This document shows, one piece after another, positions 9,939 to 18,666 of a DNA stretch of 57,124 nt; position 1 is the stretch's first letter; each line of letters begins with the position of its first letter. The DNA comes from a virus (taxonomy: Duplodnaviria > Caudoviricetes). The translations under genes were made by a program, and so were the position numbers. The notes below the pieces were generated by a model, which saw nothing but the letters and a program-made list of their open reading frames with translations, was not told the origin of the DNA and searched no databases. The stretch covers positions 1 to 57,124 of the IMG/VR virus record IMGVR_UViG_3300042261_000671. One strand, given 5' to 3'.

Positions 9939-10376
9939 ATGAAAAATGTTTTCTTATTTGAGGAATTTAATTTATTCAAACCAAAACCTCTTGATGAAAA
10001 AGTCAAAAGGTTAATAGAAGATATTAAATCTACTTTTAATATTGAAAACTTATCATTTCATAAAGAATTTGAAGATAGAACTTTAACACAGACTTTAGAA
10101 TATGTATATAAAGGGCAAAATGTAAAAGTAGAGAGATGGGATTTGATGAGCCCGCATAATCCTCTATGGGGATGGAGATTTTATATAAATAATGAAAATT
10201 TAAGAGGAGATACAAGTAAAAAACTTATAAAAAATCTTTGGGGATTCTTATCAGAAAAATGGAGCGATAAAAATAAACAGAATAGAAACGATAAATTAGA
10301 TAGATTATTAAATACTCCAGAGGATGAATTAATTAACAAAAAAGAAGATCCATACGGGGAAGAAAATTGGTTATAA
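9939..10376 (+). CDS. Hypothetical protein with N-terminal tag and C-terminal DPYGEENW
   Basis: MKNVFLFEEF ... EDPYGEENWL-stop. Confidence 0.75.
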   Translation: MKNVFLFEEFNLFKPKPLDEKVKRLIEDIKSTFNIENLSFHKEFEDRTLTQTLEYVYKGQNVKVERWDLMSPHNPLWGWRFYINNENLRGDTSKKLIKNLWGFLSEKWSDKNKQNRNDKLDRLLNTPEDELINKKEDPYGEENWL

Positions 10377-10391
10377 AAAAATATAAAAAAT

Positions 10392-10463
10392 ATGGAAAAC
10401 ATGAAAACATTTGAGGAATTTAATCTTTTTGGTGTTCTAGACTTTTTCGGTTTTCCGGGTTAA
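10392..10463 (+). CDS. 23-aa mini-ORF consisting mostly of the capsid-targeting-like peptide (possible relic)
   Basis: MENMKTFEEFNLFGVLDFFGFPG*. Confidence 0.4.
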   Translation: MENMKTFEEFNLFGVLDFFGFPG

Positions 10464-10468
10464 TTCAA

Positions 10469-10476
10469 TATCTTTG
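10469..10476 (+). promoter_or_regulatory. Bacteroidota sigma-70 -7 element (TAnnTTTG)
   Basis: TATCTTTG(CAC) about 60 nt upstream of ORF 10535. Confidence 0.6.
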
Positions 10477-10534
10477 CACGGCAATTTTTTGGACATTCAA
10501 TCTTTTTCGTGCTAAAAAAAAATAATAAAGAAAA

Positions 10535-10816
10535 ATGGAAAAAGTAAAATCATTTGAAGAATTCACTAATGAAGAATGGGAATGGACATCCACATCGACT
10601 GCTAATCTTTCTAAAAGTAAACCTAAAAAGGGCGATGAACCCGAAAAAAAACCTAAACATAATACTGGTTCTGTTTTTGATGATCTTGAAGCGAACCAAT
10701 CTAAAAAACCAGTTAAAAAGAAAAAGAAGAATGTAGTTGGAAAAAGACAATCTTTCTCTTGCGGACAAGTTGGAAAAAGACAATCTTTCTCTTGCGGACA
10801 ATCTCCATCTTGCTAA
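10535..10816 (+). CDS. Small basic protein with a duplicated 11-aa C-terminal unit
   Basis: MEKVKSFEEFTNE; VGKRQSFSCGQ twice. Confidence 0.65.
   Translation: MEKVKSFEEFTNEEWEWTSTSTANLSKSKPKKGDEPEKKPKHNTGSVFDDLEANQSKKPVKKKKKNVVGKRQSFSCGQVGKRQSFSCGQSPSC
10735..10800 (+). repeat. Perfect 33-bp tandem duplication
   Basis: agttggaaaaagacaatctttctcttgcggaca twice. Confidence 0.95.
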
Positions 10817-10829
10817 AATAAAATAAATT

Positions 10830-11702
10830 ATGAACAAAGAGATAGCTTTTTTTGATCTAGATGGTACACTCTGGAACATCAAGAATGATAATGTATGGAT
10901 TATAGATAAAGATAAACCATATAAACCAGTATTAATTCTTGATGAACTTGAATTTTCATTGATCCAATCTGGTAAGTTTAGAAAAGACGAAATTAAGTTA
11001 GAATATAATGGTCAAACCTATTATATAAGCAAATCTTTGTTCGATAAAATTAAAAAGAAAAGCGGAAGTGAAAATACAGAAAGATTTGGAATTTCTTTTA
11101 TACCTAGAGTTAGAAAAGAAATTTTAGATAAAAGAGAAATAGCAATCTTAACAAAGAATATTGAACATTTAAGATATAATAAGTTCATTGATATTGGATT
11201 GCTAACAGCCAGATCAAATCAAAAAAATCACGTAGACTTAGTAAATCTACTCAGATTAGAATTAAAAAAAATAGGCATAGAAATATCTAAAATATTCTTT
11301 GTTGGTAATAGTGAAACAGATTATGATCCAAAAAAGAAAGTTTTTGTTCTTTTGGAACATCTTATAGGACTTAAAATTAAAGATAATAGATTTATATCAT
11401 TGAAACAAGATTGGTATAAAAAAGTTAGTTTTTACGATGATGATATAAAAAACACAGATTATGCAAATAGTGCTCAAGATTTCTTCGATGATTTATTGAG
11501 AAAAACGGAAGACGAATTACATAAAATAATTTTAGATAGAGTTAGTTCCAATGATCTGAAATTGGAAACAAATTTGGTTGTTGATAATGAATTAAATAGA
11601 TTTAAGAAAAATATTATAACATTGAGAGAACCAATGAGATTTCCATTAAAAGAATCTTTCGTAAGATATAAAGATTGGATAAAAAAACAAAAGATGATAT
11701 GA
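10830..11702 (+). CDS. HAD-superfamily hydrolase/phosphatase
   Basis: FFDLDGTLW (motif I), LTAR (II), K (III), FYDDD (IV). Confidence 0.85.
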   Translation: MNKEIAFFDLDGTLWNIKNDNVWIIDKDKPYKPVLILDELEFSLIQSGKFRKDEIKLEYNGQTYYISKSLFDKIKKKSGSENTERFGISFIPRVRKEILDKREIAILTKNIEHLRYNKFIDIGLLTARSNQKNHVDLVNLLRLELKKIGIEISKIFFVGNSETDYDPKKKVFVLLEHLIGLKIKDNRFISLKQDWYKKVSFYDDDIKNTDYANSAQDFFDDLLRKTEDELHKIILDRVSSNDLKLETNLVVDNELNRFKKNIITLREPMRFPLKESFVRYKDWIKKQKMI

Positions 11703-11899
11703 GATATATTAATAGATTAAAATTAAATGAAGATGAAGATTTTGATGATTATGTTATTCAAACAGATGAGGAAAAATGGAATGAAATCAAACGTCATTAT
11801 AATGATATTAAAAATGGATGGAATGCTGCCGCTTTTGGTTATTTAACATTTGATAAATTTTTACAATATTATTATCATCCTCCCGGAAGAAAAAAATAA
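11699..11899 (+). CDS. Small hypothetical protein
   Basis: Probable start MRYINRLKLNE, overlapping the HAD stop. Confidence 0.55.
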   Translation: MRYINRLKLNEDEDFDDYVIQTDEEKWNEIKRHYNDIKNGWNAAAFGYLTFDKFLQYYYHPPGRKK

Positions 11900-12004
11900 A
11901 AAAATAAAAAATTTAAAAACATACGAATAAACGAAAGTGTTCCTAAGAAGAACACCTAAAATAGAAGAAGAAAAGAAGATATTCTTTAAAAAAAATATAA
12001 CATT

Positions 12005-12469
12005 ATGAAACACTTACAATCAATAAATGAATACTCCAGCGAATATTATAAAAAACTTATAAATTATGGAAAAGAACGTGGAGATAGTCGTGGTAAAAGA
12101 CTGGCAAATACAGCTAAAGATTTGAAAAATAAATTTTTTCCTGCAAATGAAATAGAATTTTTTTGGGTTCAATATCCAGGGGAAAAATATTTTTTAAAAT
12201 TTAATGATGATAATTTTAATATAGAAAGAGTAAAATACGATTGGAATAGTAATAGAGAGTTTTTTTTATTGGTGAATCTAATCAATAATAAGCATCATGA
12301 AGAGTCTTTAGTGCGTTTCTCTCTGGCTTTTTTAACCAATGATAAATACCATCTAACAGTAGACGGACTAAATATAGAACTAACTAGAAAATCATCAAGA
12401 GATTTATCAAATATACTTAAACAATATTTTGATATTGATGTGGAACCCAATAAATTACCACAAATGTAA
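12005..12469 (+). CDS. Hypothetical protein with N-terminal tag
   Basis: MKHLQSINE. Confidence 0.7.
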   Translation: MKHLQSINEYSSEYYKKLINYGKERGDSRGKRLANTAKDLKNKFFPANEIEFFWVQYPGEKYFLKFNDDNFNIERVKYDWNSNREFFLLVNLINNKHHEESLVRFSLAFLTNDKYHLTVDGLNIELTRKSSRDLSNILKQYFDIDVEPNKLPQM

Positions 12470-12484
12470 AAATAAGTAAAAAAC

Positions 12485-12847
12485 ATGAAATATTTAAAAA
12501 CATACGAAGAAAAATATAATTCAACGTTCCTTGATAATATTAAAGTCGAATTAGAAAAACATGGGTGGGTTGAAATAAAAGAAAATGGTAAAAATCTAAC
12601 ATTTAACGTATCTCATGTTGAAAATATAGTGTCAACAGACGGCAAAATCTGGCTCACTATTGGCACAAAACAAGGAAGAAAATTCGATATAGAGATATTC
12701 GTAATAGGAGACGAAATTAAAACCATTATTAAATATGCTGAAATTACCGCAAATAACTATTCTTGGTGGAATAGTTTTATTAGCCAAAATATTTCAAATA
12801 TAAATGAAAATATAATCTCATCATTTAGTAAAAAATTTAATATTTAA
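12485..12847 (+). CDS. Hypothetical protein with N-terminal tag
   Basis: MKYLKTYEE. Confidence 0.7.
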   Translation: MKYLKTYEEKYNSTFLDNIKVELEKHGWVEIKENGKNLTFNVSHVENIVSTDGKIWLTIGTKQGRKFDIEIFVIGDEIKTIIKYAEITANNYSWWNSFISQNISNINENIISSFSKKFNI

Positions 12848-12860
12848 GAAAAGCACAAGA

Positions 12861-12940
12861 GTATTGAAACAACCTTTGAGATATCCTAATGGAATCTTAT
12901 ATGAAATATGACGAATGGTTAAAAAAGAAGAAGATAAGAA
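12861..12940 (+). pseudogene. Frameshifted relic of a diverged copy of the HAD gene 3' end
   Basis: Reads VLKQPLRYP / MESYMKYDEWLKKKKI versus the HAD C-terminus TLREPMRFPLKESFVRYKDWIKKQKMI. Confidence 0.6.
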
Positions 12941-13015
12941 AAATAGAAATATATTTGATAGAATAATGAATTATGTTGAATATAGATCCAAAAGGAAAAG
13001 AAAATTTGATTTATA

Positions 13016-13333
13016 ATGAACAATTTGAAAACATATGAAGAATATAATATAGAGATAGATCCTTATGGTGAAGAGTTCTGGGATGATGAAAACTTAATAT
13101 TAGTTGATTGGAACACAGAAATAGAGATCGGAGACGAAGTTTACATAAGATATGAGAGAACAGACGATGTAAAATATCTTGGAGAAATTATAAAAATAGA
13201 GAATAAAAAAATTCGTTCATTAACAGGAATGCCAGATTATTTTGATATGACATACACATTAAGAGTTGGTAACGATACAAGAGAAATGGATATGGGAGAA
13301 TTAATAAGATATAAAGCTAAAATAAAAAAATAA
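13016..13333 (+). CDS. Hypothetical SH3/KOW-like protein with N-terminal tag and DPYGEEFW
   Basis: MNNLKTYEE, IDPYGEEFWD, IEIGDEVYI..GEIIKI. Confidence 0.7.
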   Translation: MNNLKTYEEYNIEIDPYGEEFWDDENLILVDWNTEIEIGDEVYIRYERTDDVKYLGEIIKIENKKIRSLTGMPDYFDMTYTLRVGNDTREMDMGELIRYKAKIKK

Positions 13334-13352
13334 AATGGTAATATTTAAAAAT

Positions 13353-13385
13353 AAAAAAACCAGACCTTTTGAGTCTGGTTTTTTT
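13353..13385. terminator. Bidirectional intrinsic terminator
   Basis: A-run, CCAGAC-cttttga-GTCTGG, T-run. Confidence 0.9.
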
Positions 13386-14445
13386 GTTCCCCTACCTTCA
13401 CACCAGTCTTCCTCCTGGTCGACTTTCGTCTTATCGGGCGCCAAATAGGGCTGTCAGAGGTTCACTTTGTAACTTGACATTCGTAACCGTTACCAGTTAC
13501 AAGATAAGGGATTGTGTACTCACATATGTTGGTGGGACTACTTGCCTCTTAGCGACTTCGCTCGGACTTTCTGAAGGTCCTTCTGCTAATCAACCAATCA
13601 TAGTTGATGAAAAAAAGAAAAAAATAATTTGATGAGACTCCTGACTACTCATAATCCTCGGATTTCATCTACCATTATTCACCCACGTTCCACAGATGGT
13701 GATCGGCCACTGTGTTTTACCTTCGTCAGACACCTTACGGTGCAGACACATCAGTGAACGGGAGGTCCTTTCCTCCAACCAGATACAGCCATCAGCATAT
13801 ATACATGCGATTTGTCTGGTTCTTACGTCACTCGGGGTTGACCAACCCCGGCTATTTCAGGTTTATGGTACGAAATCTGTAACACCTGCTCCACAGGCTT
13901 TTCAGTCTGGGCTACATTGCGTTAGGGGCTGGCGACCCCTTCATTCCGCCACAAATTATTTTTTCAATCTTTCAAAGAACTTTATGAGCACTTATGGATA
14001 GTGAAGCCCTTATTCACAGTGAGGGTCGGGTGAAGGTCTAGTATATAGAGACACCTTATACCACACTGACATCAATTTTCAGATCAATATTCTACGAACT
14101 CCCTGAAATCGTCTATCCATATATCAAAGAACTTAATTTGATTCTGTGAGATTCTGTCAAATTTCTTCGGATACCTACTGGTGGGTTGAAAAGTTATCTC
14201 GCCTTTCAGTATTCAGTCAGTCTGTGGACTGATAAAATTTTGTTTATCTCTAATTTGATGATACAAAGATACGTCAAATTCCCGACATAAAAAAATTTTC
14301 TGATGAAAAAAATACGATGTTAATAGTAACAGCTGATATATGTTTCATTATCAATTTAAATGCGAAGGAACCGCAGCCTCACTTTCCTCACATACTATCA
14401 CGGGCGACTGCACCTGACCCTTTATTATAACACCGAATATCTTAC
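13386..14445 (-). ncRNA. Cluster of putative structured non-coding RNAs (family unassigned)
   Basis: Raised GC, no credible ORF, many hairpins including GNRA loops on the minus strand, long-range closing stems, three boxA-like motifs, promoter at 14264-14271 and terminator at 13353-13385. Confidence 0.7.
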
Positions 14446-14460
14446 AGATTCAAAGAACTT
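13971..14460 (-). promoter_or_regulatory. Three boxA-like antitermination motifs (AAGTTCTTTGA) at about 13971-13982, 14124-14134 and 14449-14460
   Basis: Identical tcaaagaactt on the + strand three times, each just upstream (minus sense) of a folded element; resembles rrn boxA GTTCTTTG. Confidence 0.6.
14264..14271 (-). promoter_or_regulatory. Bacteroidota -7 promoter element driving the ncRNA locus
   Basis: Reverse complement is TATCTTTG(TA). Confidence 0.6.
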
Positions 14461-14540
14461 TCTAAATCGTCAATAAATAACTGATTTATGTATATTATAT
14501 TCCCAAAAAATCGCGTTGTTTTAAAAATCGTCGAACTTTT

Positions 14541-15380
14541 TTATTCTACCTCTAATCTCTTCTCCAACATCTGAATACATATCTTATTGACATCAAATAC
14601 TATATAATTCCTTTTCAATTCTTTTGCTGCCACCGCTGTTGTGCCACTACCAACAAAATAATCAACTATAGTATCTCCTTCATTTGTTGAAGCTAATATA
14701 CATCTCTTAACTAATTCTTTTGGCTTTTGTGTATTATGTTTAGTTAGTTCATTGTTTGGAGTTTTCTTTGTTTTGGCATAACTTTTAACTTCCTTCATGC
14801 TCCAATATGGGACACACAAATCATCCCACAAATTCCCAGGATGTGTGTATCTAATCTTTTTACCATCTTTAATAAACCAGTCTTTAGGATTACCATTTGC
14901 ATCTTTGTATGGAGCAATAACTTCTTTTTCAACCATAATATCATCAATATTGAATGTATAAGATTTTTCATCCTTTACGGCAAACCATACATCTTCCATC
15001 ATTGATTTCCAATTTCTTTTGGCACCTCTACCTTTATCTCTTTTCCATGTAATTCTATTTATAACATGAAAACCAGCTTCCTCTAAAAGTTCTTGTATTT
15101 TTCCTGAATGTTCCCAAGACATACATATATAAATACTTCCTGTTTTTTTGAGTTGCTTGTATGCTAATTTAAGACATGTTTTTACCCAATTATAATAATC
15201 TGCTTTATTATGCCACTGTTTATCCCAGTGTGATCTATCTCCATTTTCTAAATCTATATTTTCTGATCTATTTCCAGATATGAAATATGGAGGATCTAAA
15301 AAGAACATATCTATGGAGTTGTCCTCAATAAATGTGGGACTATTTTCGAATGATAAATTATAGTATTTGTTTAATTCCAT
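14541..15380 (-). CDS. DNA N6-adenine/N4-cytosine methyltransferase (beta class), orphan
   Basis: DPPY, HNTQKP, DYFVGSGTT. Confidence 0.93.
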   Translation of the reverse strand: MELNKYYNLSFENSPTFIEDNSIDMFFLDPPYFISGNRSENIDLENGDRSHWDKQWHNKADYYNWVKTCLKLAYKQLKKTGSIYICMSWEHSGKIQELLEEAGFHVINRITWKRDKGRGAKRNWKSMMEDVWFAVKDEKSYTFNIDDIMVEKEVIAPYKDANGNPKDWFIKDGKKIRYTHPGNLWDDLCVPYWSMKEVKSYAKTKKTPNNELTKHNTQKPKELVKRCILASTNEGDTIVDYFVGSGTTAVAAKELKRNYIVFDVNKICIQMLEKRLEVE

Positions 15381-15554
15381 TGAGATTCTAAATTTTATTT
15401 ATTATATATAAGGTGAATTATTTTGTTTAAAAAACAACTAATCCTCTAGTGAAGGAAGATTTTATTATTTGCCCTTACTGTGATAGTAAAGGGTATGTTA
15501 TAGAAGATAATAAAAGCATACAGTGTATTGTATGTGAAGGAAAAGGAATAATTA

Positions 15555-17819
15555 TTACCACTTCCTCTCAAAAGGATTACGAAGAGATCCAGCCTGTTGA
15601 TTAAACGGAGATACATAAGGTATCGGTTTTAACGTTGGTTTTATTCTTGGATAGAAAGTTTTATTTTTCGTAACAATACCATAATTAATATCAGATTCAG
15701 CTCCTCTCGTATTCAAAAAATTCATCATTACCTGTTTATCCCTATCAGACATAACATAATCCGAATAAGAATCTACTAGATTTTTAAAATCATAATGATC
15801 ATATATAGCAGATAGATTTATTAATGTCATCACACAGTCGTCATTGCCAGTTTCACTTCTAAAAGTTATTTCGCCACTTGAGGTTTCGTGTTTAGAGAAA
15901 GATTTTAACTCTATTATGTTATTTTCATTATGAAGTATCATATTATCTTTTTTTACAGCATCTTGAAAATCTTTCAATAATAATTTCTTATTATGCCCTA
16001 TAAGTAATCCTATCTTTGGTTTAGCGTCTGTTTCTCTATGCTTAAATCTTGAGAATACCGCATCCATAAAATCATTATTATCATTAAAAACATGTCTTAT
16101 ATTGTTCAATAAATCGTTTCCAAGATTCTTATTCATTTCCAAAACTATCTTAACTTTCTCTGGATCAAATATCTCAAAAACAATTAAATATAATACGTGT
16201 GCTATTTCGTTAATAGAATATACATTATTTCTAAATAATCCAATTTGCTCTAACTTAAAAAGATCATACTTATTATTCAGAAACATCTTCTTTCTTTCTA
16301 TTAGTTTTTCATCCTTCATTAATAGTCTAAACATGTTAATAACAGTATAGTCTAATCCTAAACCTTCTGCTAAGTCTATTCCTATTGTTATATAATAATC
16401 CTTTGCTTTTTCTAGTTCAAATAAATCAGGTCTATCTTTTATGAATTTTAAGTTATCGTACGGTAAATTGAATTTTTTCTCAAAACATTCTAAGTGTGGA
16501 GTTTCAAATTCCACTTGTTCATTCATGAAACTTTCAAACATAACACTATCGAATAACAATTTATCGTCTGTTATAAATTGTATTTCAAATTCCTGTTTGA
16601 ACATACTCTCACCACCAATAAGACCGGTTTGTTCTTCTTGCCAGTTTGTAACTCTACATATCTCGGGTAACGGTATTATTTCAGATATTCTTATTTGTCT
16701 TATAGTATCTATGTGACAATTTTCACGTGGAGTTTTTTCATCATTTTCGAAGAACTTTATGAAATACCATAGATCTCCATCTATAACTTTCTTATAAACT
16801 TCATACCCCATTGATATTAATTGTTCTATTACTTCATCTACTGTAACGTTATATTGACGCATTTTATAATCCAGGAAGAATAGTTTAGTATCTCTTCTTC
16901 CTTTTACTTGATGCCAATAAATACGCATGGCTTCATATTTGTTCCATCTTGGATCACTTTTTTCTTTTTCTGCATTTGTAAGCAATTCCCAGAATAAATT
17001 ATATCCATCTGGAGTTGATGTAATAATGATCTTAGAATTTTCGATAGATGATACGGTAGGAACAACAGATCCATAATATGCTCTAATGATAGAGTCTGGG
17101 ATTTTTGCAAATTCGTCTAGATACAACAAGTCAATGGCAAAACCGATAGCTGGTTCTTTAGATCTCGATTGACTCTGTACTCTACTGTTATTTTCAAAAG
17201 ATATTTGCTTCTCATTCCAGTTTGTTACTCCAGTTTTCAAAAAGAATGGGAGCAATTTGTAAATATCTTTTATTTTTCTGATAATTTCCTTTACTGTTTC
17301 TGATTTATTAGCAACTATCATAACACCTTTATCATCATTGAACAATACTAAATGTAATATAACAATAGAAGCAGATACGGTATTTAGGTTTAATATATCA
17401 TTAGCATAATAACTATGTTCGTTTGATAAAATAGACAAATCAAACATAGATACTTTATTTGTTGTCTTATTGATTGATTTAACTTTAGACGGTCCTTTCT
17501 TTGTAAGTACAATATCATTCGTTGTTAAATCTTTGGCGAATTTTATATTATGTCCTTCAGTAAAAATTGCGTGAACGTCAGCACAATTCATTTTTACGTC
17601 ATTCTCTAATTCTAGTTCTTGTATCTTATATGGTTGTGTTAAATTTATTTCATCTATTGGTACAAAACCATAATCGGTTTCAACAGATAAATTATCTAAA
17701 GAGAGTATATTAATAACTTTTTTTAGAGGATCTTCTTCATCAAATTTATTATTTTTATATTCTATTTTCTCAATAAATTCAATGAGTTTGTAAATAACAT
17801 TTCTTAAAAATTTACGCAT
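15555..17819 (-). CDS. terL: Terminase large subunit C-terminal part, fused to the C-half of a split intein (aa 1-146)
   Basis: Extein starts TVSA (end of Walker A); LLYLDEFA Walker B, IIITSTPDG, FKQEFE, GIDLAEG, NDDCVM; preceded by HINT blocks B/F/G. Confidence 0.93.
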   Translation of the reverse strand: MRKFLRNVIYKLIEFIEKIEYKNNKFDEEDPLKKVINILSLDNLSVETDYGFVPIDEINLTQPYKIQELELENDVKMNCADVHAIFTEGHNIKFAKDLTTNDIVLTKKGPSKVKSINKTTNKVSMFDLSILSNEHSYYANDILNLNTVSASIVILHLVLFNDDKGVMIVANKSETVKEIIRKIKDIYKLLPFFLKTGVTNWNEKQISFENNSRVQSQSRSKEPAIGFAIDLLYLDEFAKIPDSIIRAYYGSVVPTVSSIENSKIIITSTPDGYNLFWELLTNAEKEKSDPRWNKYEAMRIYWHQVKGRRDTKLFFLDYKMRQYNVTVDEVIEQLISMGYEVYKKVIDGDLWYFIKFFENDEKTPRENCHIDTIRQIRISEIIPLPEICRVTNWQEEQTGLIGGESMFKQEFEIQFITDDKLLFDSVMFESFMNEQVEFETPHLECFEKKFNLPYDNLKFIKDRPDLFELEKAKDYYITIGIDLAEGLGLDYTVINMFRLLMKDEKLIERKKMFLNNKYDLFKLEQIGLFRNNVYSINEIAHVLYLIVFEIFDPEKVKIVLEMNKNLGNDLLNNIRHVFNDNNDFMDAVFSRFKHRETDAKPKIGLLIGHNKKLLLKDFQDAVKKDNMILHNENNIIELKSFSKHETSSGEITFRSETGNDDCVMTLINLSAIYDHYDFKNLVDSYSDYVMSDRDKQVMMNFLNTRGAESDINYGIVTKNKTFYPRIKPTLKPIPYVSPFNQQAGSLRNPFERKW
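17382..17819 (-). mobile_element. Split intein C-fragment (146 aa, no endonuclease)
   Basis: VETDYGFVPI, CADVH (block B), MFDLSI..HSYYANDILNLN|T (blocks F/G). Confidence 0.88.
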
Positions 17820-17840
17820 AAAAATGCTTTGCTTTTCAAG

Positions 17841-17851
17841 TATATATTAAA
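17841..17851 (-). promoter_or_regulatory. Putative phage late promoter TTTAATATATA (representative of about 20 copies)
   Basis: Same motif or its TTTTATATATA variant at 5347, 6901, 8215, 9895(-), 9922, 27393(-), 34763, 42662, 51251, 55487(-), 56782 and elsewhere, just upstream of gene starts. Confidence 0.7.
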
Positions 17852-17866
17852 ATTAAAGGGGCTATT

Positions 17867-18616
17867 TTATAATGCGTTGTCTGTGTTGGGTTCCGCGTTC
17901 TTTTCGTCGTAGATAGTGAATATTTCTTTTAATTCTTCTTTTAATCCATCATCGACGTTATCTACAAGAATGCTTCTTATATTAAGATTACTACTATCCA
18001 TCAATACTTTATCTTCTTTCTTTTTCTTTTCAGTATAAAACACATTATTAAATGTATTTTTTGACAGATAAATATCTATTTTATTTTTATATTCTGCCTT
18101 TTCAAGAAGATCACTATCTATTTCTATATCAATGAAATCTTTTGTAATATTGATATTCTCTAAATCATCAATGGATGATATTTTATATTCAATGAATTTT
18201 GGAGATAATGTATTCTCAATGAATTTTGTTTTATCTTCTTTGAAAATATAATATCCAACATTTGGATCGTCGCTTTTAGAAAATTGAAAGAGAGATTTAC
18301 TTACTTTATTTTCGATTTTATCATCTAATATTCCTAGTTTTAGATCGTCTGCAAATAAAGGAAATATATTTTCGTTACAATCTAATGATATATTAACATT
18401 TTTAAATTCTTTATTTAACAGAATCAAAATAGATTTCATATTATTAAGAATTCTAAAACTATTATTAACAGTATTATTGAAGAGAGGACCAAGTATATAG
18501 AGATCTTTATCTTTATCTAATTTTTTAATACTATCAAAGAAATGATGGAAATATTCTTGTTGGAAATGCCATAATTTTGGATGACCAAATTTAATATTAT
18601 TGAAAACGAAAATCAT
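17867..18616 (-). CDS. Degenerate SbcD/Mre11/gp47-like metallophosphoesterase-fold protein
   Basis: FVFNNIKFG and YILGPLFN align by eye with DxHxG and GDxFD but lack the metal ligands; SLFQ..D...GYYIF...FIENTLSPKF resembles gp47. Confidence 0.55.
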   Translation of the reverse strand: MIFVFNNIKFGHPKLWHFQQEYFHHFFDSIKKLDKDKDLYILGPLFNNTVNNSFRILNNMKSILILLNKEFKNVNISLDCNENIFPLFADDLKLGILDDKIENKVSKSLFQFSKSDDPNVGYYIFKEDKTKFIENTLSPKFIEYKISSIDDLENINITKDFIDIEIDSDLLEKAEYKNKIDIYLSKNTFNNVFYTEKKKKEDKVLMDSSNLNIRSILVDNVDDGLKEELKEIFTIYDEKNAEPNTDNAL

Positions 18617-18666
18617 AGAATATTTATTAAAATAAAGTTGGAAAGTTTAAAATAAAAAAGGGAGAT

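Noticed and set aside
13369-14001. Track ORFs 13369..13632 and 13696..14001
   Set aside because: Composition is unlike the phage's proteins, the first starts inside a terminator, and both overlap dense RNA hairpins whose signals point to the minus strand.
14300-14345. Hammerhead ribozyme from CTGATGA on the + strand
   Set aside because: There is no stem II followed by GAAA and no flanking helices.
13386-14445. tRNA, tmRNA or full RNase P call for the ncRNA locus
   Set aside because: I could see no cloverleaf with TTC-loop and CCA, no tmRNA termini, and no complete P4 pairing.
14541-15380. Restriction-modification system
   Set aside because: No adjacent endonuclease; orphan methyltransferases are common in large phages.
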